A stretch of DNA of 64,000 nucleotides from assembly GCA_964188305.1 (NCBI GenBank), contig OZ076892.1. The stretch is one strand, 5' to 3'. The notes beneath the pieces were generated by a model. It saw only the letters and a program-made list of their open reading frames with translations, did no database searches and was not told the DNA's origin. The position numbers and the translations under genes are program-made. The DNA comes from Podarcis bocagei. Taxonomy: Eukaryota. Positions 1 through 12,343 of this stretch are shown here, piece after piece; the stretch's first letter is position 1, and each line of letters opens with the position of its first letter.

Positions 1-2186
1 TGCTGGATTATTTACCATAAACCAGCTTGTGACTCCCTTGGGAAAAATCCAAGGGTTTTACACCTGCTGTACACCGAGAGAAATAAGCGGCAACCATCCT
101 TTTAAAATGAGCATATTAGGCAGCTGTGTAATAATACTTAACACAATCTCAGAGCTAGATCTGATTCTGCATCTTAGATAAAAATGAATTTGGTATATAA
201 AGGGGCAACTGTCATTACAAATGCTACCAAGCTCTATGCCATAGGTACTACTGCAATTTTAAAGCAGCAGTAGTTTCATTTCTGTTAGAAAACAATAACT
301 GCCATGCAGAGTGAAGGTCTAACTCCTACTGTTTAACAGAAATTTCATCATGATAATGAGTTCCAACCCCAATAGCACCTATCCTCTGGTCATCCAAAAC
401 AGAGTCTGCAGTTTTGGCTACCATGGTTAGTAGCCATAAGTTATTTACACAAGTGACCACTAGTGCTGTACACCAAGTACAGGAAAAGTAAGACAAATTC
501 CTAGAGGTGTATGCATGCTTTCTGGGGAGATAATTCCTACTTGCTTCCTACTTGCAGACTAGAAACCAGTTACATGCAAAATGGAAAGGTCAATTCTTTC
601 TTGTACTGGCTGCAACTCTTGTGTTCCTTCTGTTCAGAATGCAAGATCTGCCAGGGGGCAAACACTTTTCAGGGAGGTGACACATCTATATGATGAATTA
701 TCCTCTTCAGGAATGTCTACCAAGCTACTCAACTGTGCACTTTGAATTTCTTTGATTGCCAAGGTTTTTAACATGACATTACTTTTGCTGATTTATTTTT
801 GTGTTTGAAACATTTAAAATATATATATACATGCTGCACTGAACTGGGGTGAAGAATTATATAAAGTTTCCCAATGTCATATTTTTTCCAGAGAAAATTT
901 CCCATTTTCAGACATTTGTTGTTTCATAAATGAACTAGTAATTTAATGGGCCAGCATGGAAGCAATGCTAAACCACAAGGCAGCACAACTTGAGGTCTTG
1001 AAGAGTCTGTGGAACTACAACTTCCATCAATCCTAACCACCCACCATGACAGCTGGGGTTGATGGGAGTTGAACATCACATGGAGGGCCACAGGCTGTCC
1101 AATCCTTGGTTTAGGTTATTTGTACAATCTACAGACTTGTATACCAATTTCATGTTTCATGTTGAAAGATTCCACTTACAGATTTAAACTAATCAAAACT
1201 CTCCATTATATCAAACTCTAGGAACTTAGATTGGTTCAAGCAATCCAAGACCAAACTGTGCCTTAAGATCTAACCATAGTTAGACTAACAAGAACTACCA
1301 GAGTTTAGACATAATCAGGATTTTTTGTTAGTTTAAAACTGGAACTGGATACTTCCAATCACCTTCTCCCCACACCTCAGAGGGGAGGGCGTGGCATACA
1401 ACAGCTCATGCATGTAACAGTAAACTATGGTTTAATAAGTTGTATAATTTAGCCCAATGAATAAACAGAAGCCAAATTGTGGAATGGACACCTTACTAGT
1501 AAAATTCAAAATCGAAGTTGTAATTCACTTTTCAGTTAACTATCTCTTGGAAGTGCATATTCTTACACACACCACTTCAGGTATGGTAAAATTAATCTTT
1601 AAAAAATTCAATTAATAATAATTGCCAAGTAAAGCTATGCACTAGGTCAAATACAACATTAAAATGCACCAAGTATATTTATTTAATTCCTCCCACAATA
1701 AAATATTTCAGTTCAACTACCTTTGGCTACTAAAAGATCTCTTCAGATATGTATGTAGCAAATACATTAGCATGGCATGGTTTACTTTTTGTTTTGTTTT
1801 GTTTAGTACATTATAAATCAAATAGCCATCTTAAATCTTCTCTGAAGCTCTAAGAAATTGTACAAAAACCCCACATGACTATTTTTATCTTGTATGCCAC
1901 CTTGAGTAATACTCCATTAAAAAATCAGAGATTGAAAAATAGTGTTAATAATAGTATCTCACATACCACAGCAATTAATACAATACTTAATAAAAACAAT
2001 ACTTTTACCACTATTACGTAAGTCTGCTTTTTATTATTTTCACAACAGATTTTTGCAACTTCTGACTACCTGAGACTAAACTTTTTACATTACTTATGGC
2101 TAGCCTAATTGTGCCAATCTAACAGTCAGCTGAAAGTCAGAAAAACATCAATCAAACAATCAATTTTAGGAATGAAGACAACTTGC

Positions 2187-3074
2187 CTTTTGGAGAAGGC
2201 TATCCCCATTTCCTCCTTCTGAGATGCCCCATAAATGGAACTGATTGTTGTGGGGCTTTTGCACACAGGACTTTTCCTTGTTGGGCTCAGGCCTGCTAAA
2301 TTATGCTCAAACTGATGTGAGCCTGCCTGGAAGGAGCTGCTGCTCTGCAGAGTCGAGCCCAGCTGTGAAGGGTTGGAAGATGTAGGACTGGGCTTCTGAA
2401 GTGGGCTTGGCCTAGGTGAACGGCGCCTCACGACAACTGACTGGAGAGGGCTCTTTAGTGCTGGGCTTCGCTCTTTTGGACTCAACTCTGTCACAGCAGA
2501 GGCCCTTGATGCTGAACCTGTGCCATAAGCACCCACTTCTTGCCAAGATTTCGATCCCTCTGAGGATTTGGCATCCTGTGCAGTTCCTCCTGAGAAGGGC
2601 TGTTCCTTGGTGTCATCCCCTTGGTTGTCTCCAGCACCCTGAGACCCCCGGGCATCCTTGGAAGAAGACTTCTTCTCCTTCAATGACCGACGTTTGGAGG
2701 ACTCGCCTCTGCTGTGATTAGAGGAGGATCGAGATGATGAAGACCTCCTTGACCTATCAGATGAGGACTTGTCAGAATTTCTTGAATGGCTTCTGGATCT
2801 TGGGGATGGAGATCTCCTCTTGGGTGACCGAGAACGTGAGCGTCCCCTACGAGGGCTATAGGCTTGGCGGTAGTTTTGCCAGTTGGACCTGTAATTTCCA
2901 TAGCCACCTCGGTTATATTGACCCCATGGGTAGAACCCTCTGTTCCTTCCACGGAAATAATAGGGTCTCCGATAACCTCTGTTATGCCCTCGGAAATCCC
3001 GGTTCTGGTAGACCCGCTGGTGGTTCCTCTCCCTGTTATGAGATGGAGAGTATGATCTCGAACGGGACCTAGAA
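2187..3074 (-). CDS. THRAP3: THRAP3 (TRAP150) large second coding exon, RS-rich
   Basis: Acceptor ttcctcAG|T at 3075-3076. Translates [91 protein letters not shown]...[29 protein letters not shown], typical of THRAP3. 888 nt, phase 2/2. Ends at probable GC donor AAAAG|GCAAGT. Confidence 0.93.
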
Positions 3075-6000
3075 CTGAGGAAAAAGAAAAATGTATTTGG
3101 AAATTGCTACACACAGTACTACAGCATTCTGATTGCAATACAAAGACATTAACCTGTTTTCATAATGATGCATAGGTTTTCCTTTAGCTCATCTCCAGCT
3201 TCTATCTCATAATGATAAGTATGCACTCCTTCCTTAAAAACAACCCTCAGCAATGCAGGGCAATGCAGATGGAACAAAGTTGCTATTGCTAGGATGAGCG
3301 TTTTCCTACAAAACCACTTCAGACACAGAGGAAGCAGCATTTTCTCCCTCAGAAGGCCATCCTCAGAGCACCCACCTTCCAGAGCTCAATTTGCAGCATG
3401 GGGCAAATGTACCCAATAGGGTAAAGAGGGAAACGTTATTTGTAACCTTTCAGTTTTATCTACTATAACCCACCAAGATTCCACTTGATGGATGATTTGT
3501 TTTTGTTTTTAAAAGGCAACATAAAGCTCTCTTCCCCCACACGTGACAGAAAAATTGAACAAGAAATGGAGTATCAGACATTATTCTGTCTTCCAATAAG
3601 GGAGTTAAATGGCCAGCAACTTTCTGCCATCAGGGCACACTACTCAAACAAACAGATCTTTTTTAGGTTCAAGTCTTTTGTGTTTGTGGATTTTTAAAGC
3701 AATATTATGTGACTGATTATATTTTTATATTTAATACACCACATTAAATAGACGTATCTAGTATGAGGGGCATGATGTGGAAGATACAATTTCAGGATTA
3801 AGTTCCCTTTGTTTGGGTTATAGTGTGTCAGACTAGGATCAGACAGATCCAGGTTTAAGTCCCCACTTAGCCATGAAGTTCAGAGAGTGATGTTGGCTAG
3901 GTCACTACTCTTGCAGTCTATTCACTTCATGTAACAACTGATACAAAGCTACTAATAAATCCCATTGGTGCTTACAAATGGGGTGCAGCTGCCCATGAAT
4001 GCTGGAGTGAGACCTGAAATAGCAAGTGCTTTGCAGGAAAAAGAAGGCCAGACGCTGCATCTCCCAACTGAAGGATTGAGGTGGGGAGATGACCGAGCAG
4101 GGAACAAAACTGCAACTGAAGCCCCGAAGAACCACAAACCAGAACAGCCCAAATGGATGACTAATCTGAGATTAGGCAAGGATTATGTAACAAGAAGTTG
4201 TGCTGGTGAGGAGCTACACAATCAAATGAAAACAGGTTTAAAAACAGAAAAGCAAGGTCTGCAGGAAAAGCAAGGTCTGGTACAATTTCTACACAAAGAG
4301 AAGTTGCTGTCTTGTTTCTTCCGTGAATCCAGCCTCTTTTACTATTAAGAAAAAAAACCAGAGCATCTTACCTTGGATTCTGTCTCATTCGCAAACAGTT
4401 TCAGCAACGTTAAGAAGGAATAGACATGCACACAGCCTGGTGCAGACAGTGAAAATGAGCTAATTATGAGGTGTTCCACAGCCCACGTAGGAGCCAGTCC
4501 CTAGACAGCTACTGCATTTTGTTATCAATTAACAGCTGAGGGACCTGTTGCCTGATCCTTCCAAAATCCATTTTGCCATTTTAAGAGGCATGGAAAATGA
4601 AAAGTTTCCCTTCAAAGATCTGTGGAGGCTGTTCATGAGAAATCATTTGAAAAGACACAGCACATGAAATGCAGCTGAGGTTGTGCAGCTGGGGGGCGGG
4701 GGGAGAACATGCAAGTTATTTCTCCCCAAAGCTTGCAGCTGAGTAACTGCATGGGTTCAAAGCCACTACAGAAAATAGAGCTACTGGGGTGGAATGACTC
4801 CTACAAAGAACTAAATAGATTATGACTAGAGCTGAGGCAGAGAAGGGGAATTCCCTGGAGAAAGACACAAATGTAATACAAGCCACATTCTCTGCAGTCG
4901 AGACACCAAACGCAACCAGCTGCCCAAGCTGCTTCCCTCTACCACAACATGATTCTGACCAGCAAGCCTATTATCCCTAAGAAATGAAGCCAACGTAAGG
5001 CAGGAAACCTACCTCAGTGAGTTTTCTATACTTTTCCTAGATTTGCATTCCCCAGCCTCTTCCATTTTACTTCTCCAGCCAAGTCATATGCATAATCAAA
5101 GTTTCTCCAAAAGCTGTCTGTAACCAGCGACATTTTGCATGCTGGGCTCATTCTCCATTGGCAGAGCTCCCCTCAATGAAGCCGGACATTCCCAGCCTAC
5201 TGGTAAGCCCTTCCTAATGCTTTTACCCTCTGTAAGGAGATCGTTTGTGCTTTGGCTCCTCTCCTCTTTCTGGCATTGTCCTTTTCTCCACCCCCTGTTG
5301 CATTTTACTGTTCCCTTTCTGTATCTTTCTCAGAAACCACACACACTAATTATTAACAGCCACTTATGCTTCTGTCCCAACAGTTACAGAAAATCTGCGA
5401 GCCTTTTACCATTATTTTTAAAAGGTAACAAAATAAATGGCTGATATAAACAAAATCTAACTAGAGACTCAAAATCTTCTGAAAAGTAAAGCAACACAAT
5501 GAACAGGCAAGTGGGCTTTGGTTCTGCAGGATGTGCCAATAAACAGATCCCAGAAATTATTCAGAATGTTGTTGTTCTTGTTAACAGTCCAGGTTTAAAT
5601 AACCAACTGGAAAAGCACAGAATTAGTACCCTTTCCTAACTTTCAATAGCGAAAATCTTCATCAATCTTTCTCTGCAATATAGCTCTCTGCTGCATCATT
5701 CTTAGATATATATCCTGAGCAGTGAGTTAAGATCAGTAACTTTTCATTAGAGACAAATTACAAATCTAATCACAAGGACATTTAAAGAGATAGAATAGAA
5801 ATCCAAATGTAAAATCTTGGGCAGACTTCACTATGATTGCTGAAGAACAGGTAAAGATACACCTCCTCTGTTCTGCTCCCTCTGCAATTTTAGGCATTTC
5901 TCAAAGTCAGAATAATTCCAGAGGCAACTGGCCAGTTGCTCAGAACGTTTGACAATAACCAACTTCAAAAACAACAACTCAAAAGGGCCTAGTACAACCA

Positions 6001-6236
6001 AAACACAGAGAACACTGGGTTAAAAAAGCTACCCACTTCATGGCCGAGCAAGAGCTATTTGGATGGTAAGGTTATAAAAATAGAACTGGTTGGCAGACAA
6101 AGGAAGTAACTTAAGATGGTAGAATAAATTGGAATCTAGCAAAAGCTTTCCGCAGGAGAATTCCCATTTGTGCAGGGCTCCCCTCAGGTAAAAAGAAAAG
6201 AACACACCACCATCAGAAGCAAGCAATGGCACTTAC

Positions 6237-6373
6237 CTGAGCCTGCGTTTTCTTGATCGAGAAACAGACCGGGATCTGGACCGAGATTTTGAGAAAGACC
6301 GGGACCGGGATCGAGAACCAGATCTTGAACGAGAGGAACGGGACCCCGATTTGGATTTATTTGTTTTTGACAT
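6237..6373 (-). CDS. THRAP3: THRAP3 first coding exon (exon starts at 6398 with 5'UTR)
   Basis: ATG at 6373-6371. [46 protein letters not shown], 137 coding nt. Donor AG|GTAAGT at 6236, acceptor tgttgacAG at 6399-6400. Joins in frame to the 3074 exon. Confidence 0.95.
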
Positions 6374-7545
6374 TTTTTCTCACTCCTTTCACTTAATTCT
6401 GTCAACATAGAGGGGAAAATAAAAACAACAAATGAATCAATTTCCAGATTCTTTCCTTGGTTGTTTGAAGATGTCCAAGAATAGCAAAATTCTCTTTGCA
6501 AAGCAAATAACGGATATCCAACAGCCTTTGCAAGTTAGCTCTAAAAAGAACACCAGAAAACTTGAGAAGTCTCTGGACTAGTTTAGACACCCTTTTATTC
6601 AACAACAATTCCAATCCTGCTTTTGATTTAAGTCTACTAACCACAAAGCCTATACATGTCCAGGTTCCTGTAACTATTCCTTTATGTGGTGAGAATGGAG
6701 TCCTAACAGTCACCAACTAACGCACTTAAGACGAAAGAACACTTACATACTATCTCCCATGGATGAGGTGCCGACTCTTTGAAAAGCCCTGCTGCTGGTA
6801 AACCAAGTTATACACTTGTTACAATCAAGCAGCCACTAGGGACTCTTGTTGCAGCCAAAATAAATCAGGAACCCTTCCAAATATTTCAAGGGTTCAAATG
6901 TTGGTGATGGAAAAGAAGTTTCTCTATAGCACTCAACAGCTTTGAATAATCAATTAATAATTTTAAGAGGAAGAAATGTAGCAAAATTATCTCAAACGGA
7001 AACCCCACGATTATAGAAAAAAGCAGGGGCAAATCAACCATCAGCATGACGCAGTTGTAACAAAGCAGAGAATGATTAGGTGGTTTCTCAATGACGATTT
7101 TGTGTGTGTCCAGTTTTACACCCAGGGAAAAACCCAGCACGTGACAGAAAAACACACAATTTTAAAGAGAAAACATCAAATACTAATACAAATGAGAAGC
7201 AACTTTATTCAATGCCACTCAAAATATCCTAATTCAAAATAGAAAAAAGCATTATCTTTTTAATTGGTTTTATAAAGTACTACAAACATAAAACACTTGC
7301 AGAAACCCTATAAAAAGCAACTTACTACAAATCTGTTTATTTCTGCAAACGTTTTCCATAAATCATATTTGGAATTTTTGCTTTCAAAATTGGCAACTTT
7401 AACATAATCCACAAAACAGCTCTTGGTACAAGACTCGTTTCACCCTCAACCCAGCACAGTTCTAATTCAGGGTAGCAATAAAAAGAGTGAGTGCTCCCTT
7501 TCATTCCCAAGCCATTTTTGAAATGTAACGGGTAAAGTGGCATAC

Positions 7546-7652
7546 CTCAAGTAATCCTGAGTGAGGACCTGAAATCCTCCCTCTACTTCTGCCAGGACTG
7601 TTTAGTAGACCTAACTCCATAAGCTAACACCTGGCCTGGCCCATCACTTTCA
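7546..7652 (-). other. THRAP3: Candidate non-coding 5'UTR exon of THRAP3
   Basis: 107 nt bounded by ctctttgtacAG acceptor and GAG|GTATGC donor, ~1.15 kb upstream of the ATG exon. Mammalian THRAP3 has a similar ~100-nt UTR exon (recalled). Confidence 0.5.
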
Positions 7653-8137
7653 CTGTACAAAGAGCAAACTGAAGCTCAAGTTCTGTTCAGCAAAGTAGGT
7701 TTTGACTTCATTCATCAGTCACCCCTTAACTGGGAATACTTTTGCTTCTTAGAAACTAAGGACAAATTCAGTTGTTGTTTCTGCCACACACTCTCCTATA
7801 CACATTCCAAGCAATTAAATAGAGTGAAGCAACAACACAATTGAGTTCCAGACAGTGTGGTCTCAAGGGTTAACACTTCACCCTCCTCCCACTCCAGCAG
7901 AAGTGCTCCTATTTCAGAGTCAGCTGTGTTCTGAGCATTCAAGAAGCCCTAGATTAGATTTTAAAGATTTCAGCCTCTGCTGACATGTACCCAACAGGAT
8001 ATAAATGTCGGAAGAGATAAAAAAAGAGATGACAATCAGAACAGGCTCCAAAGAGCACATATTTCAGTGGCATGCGCGCGCGCGCACACACGCCACTGAA
8101 ATATGTGCTCTTTGGAGCCTGTTCATTCATTCTCTCA

Positions 8138-8140
<3 letters not shown>

Positions 8141-8184
<44 letters not shown>
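8141..8184. repeat. (TA)n microsatellite, left flank of the PLE
   Basis: Direct reading. A matching (TA)n then (CA)n tract lies at 9346-9397. Confidence 0.95.
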
Positions 8185-8187
<3 letters not shown>

Positions 8188-8238
8188 GGTTTTGGTGTCT
8201 TCGGGTGTCTTCCCGTGTAAGAGTTGGGGTGTCTAGGC

Positions 8239-8272
8239 GACGTTTCGACGAGGTCTCACTCGTCATCTTCAG
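8239..8272 (-). ncRNA. Minimal hammerhead ribozyme core (copy 1, sense to THRAP3 pre-mRNA)
   Basis: On the - strand: CUGAAGA-U-[GACGAG ugagac CUCGUC]-GAAAC-GUC. Conserved CUGANGA and GAAA boxes, 6-bp helix II, palindromic ACGU helix III, GUC cleavage triplet. Confidence 0.78.
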
Positions 8273-9225
8273 GCTGGTGCTTTCGGCTTCTTGTTACTAG
8301 AACAGAGCAGGGTCTCAGTGTTTGAGTTCCTATAAATACTGTTGAGGGGGTGTGGTGTATAGCCTCCAACGTTCTGGGCAGAGAGGAAGTTCCCAGGTTA
8401 ATGTGCCTTTTCTTCTTTTGTTCATTAATTACTTGAGGGATATCTTGAGTGATTACTTGAGTGATATTCTGAGTACCACTTAGGAGGGTCATTAGGTGTG
8501 GATTAGTTGCTAAAGCTTTTGTGTCTTGATCTCCTGAGCTTGAAGAGTTTTTCTGAGAAGATGGCTGTACTGCACTTAGTTGTGCTCTGGCTTGGCTTCG
8601 TGTATAGGGGCGAGCTGTGGTTTTGTGCCCTGTGCCAGCCAGATCTGTGTAGGGATTGCAGGGGGGTGCAGCATCCGGAGGTGCCACTATGGTTTGGCTA
8701 CTGGATGGTGTCTGTAATTTATCTGTGGAGAGGGTCTGGGTTTGGGTCTGGTGTGGTTGATTGGAGATGGCGTTCTGTGTGCCTCTGGTTCTGGTGTCGG
8801 TTTTTGTGGGGTGGCACCTCCGGATGCTGCACCCCCCTGCAATCCCTACACAGATCTGGCTGGCACAGGGCACAAAACCACAGCTCGCCCCTATACACGA
8901 AGCCAAGCCAGAGCACAACTAAGTGCAGTACAGCCATCTTCTCAGAAAAACTCTTCAAGCTCAGGAGATCAAGACACAAAAGCTTTAGCAACTAATCCAC
9001 ACCTAATGACCCTCCTAAGTGGTACTCAGAATATCACTCAAGTAATCACTCAAGATATCCCTCAAGTAATTAATGAACAAAAGAAGAAAAGGCACATTAA
9101 CCTGGGAACTTCCTCTCTGCCCAGAACGTTGGAGGCTATACACCACACCCCCTCAACAGTATTTATAGGAACTCAAACACTGAGACCCTGCTCTGTTCTA
9201 GTAACAAGAAGCCGAAAGCACCAGC

Positions 9226-9259
9226 CTGAAGATGACGAGTGAGACCTCGTCGAAACGTC
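9226..9259 (+). ncRNA. Minimal hammerhead ribozyme core (copy 2)
   Basis: CTGAAGA 9226-9232, helix II GACGAG/CTCGTC 9234-9251, GAAAC 9252-9256, GTC 9257-9259. Predicted cut after C9259. Confidence 0.78.
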
Positions 9260-9342
9260 GCCTAGACACCCCAACTCTTACACGGGAAGACACCCGAAGA
9301 CACCAAAACCTGCATTCCTGTACCCGTGAAAATCTACGAAAG

Positions 9343-9384
<42 letters not shown>

Positions 9385-9643
9385 CACACACACACACCGT
9401 TTAGTTCTTCCTTGAAATGTGCCAGAAAAATCTACAACTTTTACAGATGCATACCTCTCATGCATGATGCTATTTAGATTTGTACATATAAATCAGGAAA
9501 AGGGAACATTTGCAGCCTTCCAGATGTTATTGGACTTCAACTCACAACAGTCCCAGGCATCATTGGTAAATGACTGCAGTCCCGCAACATCTGAAGGGCC
9601 ACATGTCCCCCCCCCAATAAAAACAGGGGTGTAGTGGTAAAAT

Positions 9644-9789
9644 NNNNNNNNNNNNNNNNNNNNNNNNNNNNNNNNNNNNNNNNNNNNNNNNNNNNNNNNN
9701 NNNNNNNNNNNNNNNNNNNNNNNNNNNNNNNNNNNNNNNNNNNNNNNNNNNNNNNNNNNNNNNNNNNNNNNNNNNNNNNNNNNNNNNNN
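9644..9789. other. Assembly gap (146 N)
   Basis: Run of N. Confidence 1.
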
Positions 9790-9790
9790 T

Positions 9791-9911
9791 CGGCCCTCCA
9801 GCTGTTTTGGGACTACATTTCCCATCATCCCTGACCACTGGTCCTGTTAGCTAGGGATGATGGGAGTTGTAATTCCAAAAACACCTGGAGGGCTGAGTTT
9901 GGCCACCACTG
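9791..9911. mobile_element. Palindromic hAT-type MITE (left end lost in gap)
   Basis: ccagctgttttgggactacatttcccatcatccct...agggatgatgggagttgtaattccaaaaacacctgg, ending ccaccactg. Same family as 30108, 51543 and 52572. Confidence 0.7.
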
Positions 9912-11458
9912 GTTTACACTAAACTGTAGTCTATTAAGCCAGGCCCCCCAGGCTGCAGGGGTGGAAGGGGAAAAACCTGGTTCCAGCCCTAGCCAGCTCC
10001 ACTCTCGTGGTCAGAAGAGGGACAGTGGCAGCAGGAGGCTTCCTTCCCCTGGAAATGGCCAGGCTGCCTGTAGTTGCACCCGCACCCTCCTAAGGAGCAA
10101 TATCTGCTAAGTGCAATAAAGCAAGGTATGCCTGTACAAACACACATAATGACAGCCCTCATTGCTATCGCCCCCCTCCCCGCAAGGAGAATTCAATAAT
10201 GCAGGCACAACAAAGAGCAACAGAACACAGCATAATACCCAATTTATTAAGATTATATAGGAAATCATGAGCATGGAAATTCCTAAACATATGGAGTTTT
10301 TCTAAACATTTGGCTGTCAATTAACTGCTGCATTTCTACAAATTCTGACCCACAGCTCTCTACTTTTAAAAAATATATTTTTCTAGAAATGTTTTCAGAA
10401 TTGTACAAAACAGTAAAATAAACATGAAGAATCTCTTAAATGTAATGTACATCTCATTCTTTGCCAAAAAAGAATGAGCACTTTTTATGGAAACAAGACC
10501 TTTAAAACAATTTTCAGAGGGGTGTGACTCTACCAGCAGTAATAGGAACTTTAAAAAAACAAGGCCCTAAATATAGTTGAGCACGTATAATGAACTCACA
10601 CAATGTAAAAAATAAACAAAGAAGTCAAAGAAACAGAATTGGAAGAACATAAAATGGTTTAGTCCGATGCCCTGCTGATGCAAGATATCCACTACCACAG
10701 AATCCCTGACAGCTGGCCATTCAGCCTCTACTTAAAAACTTCTAAGGATGCAGCCCTATGATGAAACCCATTTGCTGATTTGCCGTGGACTGAGTCCATA
10801 ACAAGAATTAGTGTTACACGGTATTTAAGATAGAAGTTGTATCCAACATTACTTGGATCACTGAAATTAATGGGCATGACTAAATCAGGTCCATTAATTT
10901 CAATGGGTCTACTTGGAGTATGACTAATGCAGGATACAAGCCACTGGTTTTTTTTTGGCATGTTTTTAAAAACTGTGTTCTACCCTGCCTGGTCAGAAAG
11001 TGGTCTATAAATATTTTAAATAAATTTGCATAAAGGTTATGCAACACACACACTCAAGCCCTGTGGGCAACCTACCTTAATTGGACTGCTTTGTCACAAC
11101 TTGATGGTTGCCTGGCACTGTCTCCTTCCACTTGAAATAAAAAAATTCTGCAAAATAAAAGTAATTGTTAATATTGCAACTGCTCACATGAGAACATCCA
11201 CAATAACCATTCTACCTTGAAGAAAGGTGTCAAGGCAGTGCTACTCTAATTAAGCCTTCCTCAAATCTGTTACTCTAGCACAAACCACTTTGTTTTCTCA
11301 AGTAACTGTGTCCATGTATAAACCTACCAAACTTGAACACACCTCAGTGGTAATCTCACACTTCTCCAGTCCCTGCAAGGAGAGACAACCAGCAAAATTT
11401 ACAGAGACTATGACTGTGAAAACATTCAGTTAGTTGTCTACTGGTTGGTCTCCTAGTA

Positions 11459-11777
11459 CAGTGGTGCCTCGCAAGACGAAAAGAATCCGTTCTGTGATTC
11501 TCTTTGTCTAGTGGTTTTTTCGTCTTGCGAAGCAAGCCCATTGACGGATTAGCGGATTAGCGCTATTAGCAACTTTTCGGATCAGCTGATAAGCAGCTTA
11601 GCGGCTTAGAAAAAGGGGGAGGGAAGGGAAAAAAACCTGAAGGAACTCGCAAGACATTTTCGTCTTGCGAAGTAAGCACATAGGAGATTCGTTTTGCGAA
11701 GCACCTCCAAAACGGAAAACTCTTTCGTCTAGCGAGTTTTCCGTCTTGCGAGGCATTCGTCTTGCGGGGCACCACTG
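11459..11777 (-). mobile_element. Tc1/mariner-pogo (Tigger-like) MITE, family A
   Basis: TA|CAGTGGTGCCTCGCAAGACGAA...TTCGTCTTGCGGGGCACCACTG|TA: terminal inverted repeats with TA duplication. Confidence 0.88.
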
Positions 11778-12343
11778 TATCATCATATGGCTTTCTGACT
11801 GACAAACAAACAAACAAACAAACCTGAGGACAAAGACTGTGAATGTTTTTATTAAACTGCAAGCTGCTGGAGAGCCCTTCTGGATGAAGGGCAGGGGAAA
11901 AGTCAGCTTGAATTGTCAGCCTCACAAGCAAGCACTAGATATAGGTTATTATGTTCCTGCTATGTCCTCACGGCTTTAAAAAGATTTTCAAAAAGTAACA
12001 CGAAAATTTTTATGCTGTCTGGGGTGGCTTTATAGCTTATACAAATAATGAGACATAAGGTAGTACTATTTAAATTATTTTAATATATTTAAATTATTAT
12101 TATTTGTTCTTTCCTCCCACCTTCATATGAACTCCTGTCAATCAAAATATTTATTTCTTTGTGGTAAACCATCCAAGCAATATGTTGCTATGCATCATTT
12201 TGTGTCTGTTAAAATTGTAGTGGTTTTGGAATATACACTCTGACATAACTTTGTTAGTGTGCTTGGAGAAGTTCTCTGAGTGTTCGCTGTTGTTGTGTTT
12301 TATTTTTATTTTCATCTTGTGTAATTGTTGCATACCATATGTA

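Larger units (their letters stand above)
8183..9345. mobile_element. Penelope-like retroelement (PLE) remnant with inverted pseudo-LTR copies
   Basis: Arms 8183-8687 and 8811-9315 are reverse complements (505 bp each) with a 123-bp spacer. The + arm has ~30 extra nt of 3' end. Flanked by (TA)n on both sides. Each arm has the CTGAAGA...GAAACGTC signature of PLE pseudo-LTRs. Confidence 0.8.

Noticed and set aside
1-2125. Further THRAP3 coding exons
   Set aside because: No recognisable THRAP3 peptide on the - strand. The next exon probably lies left of the window.
6755-6860. Additional hammerhead/Penelope end (also ~13307-13390)
   Set aside because: Only faint resemblance to PLE termini. The CUGANGA core and helix II are not intact.
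8507-9242. Host protein-coding genes in the mirrored ORFs
   Set aside because: The identical translations on opposite strands are produced by the inverted repeat, and there is no exon structure.
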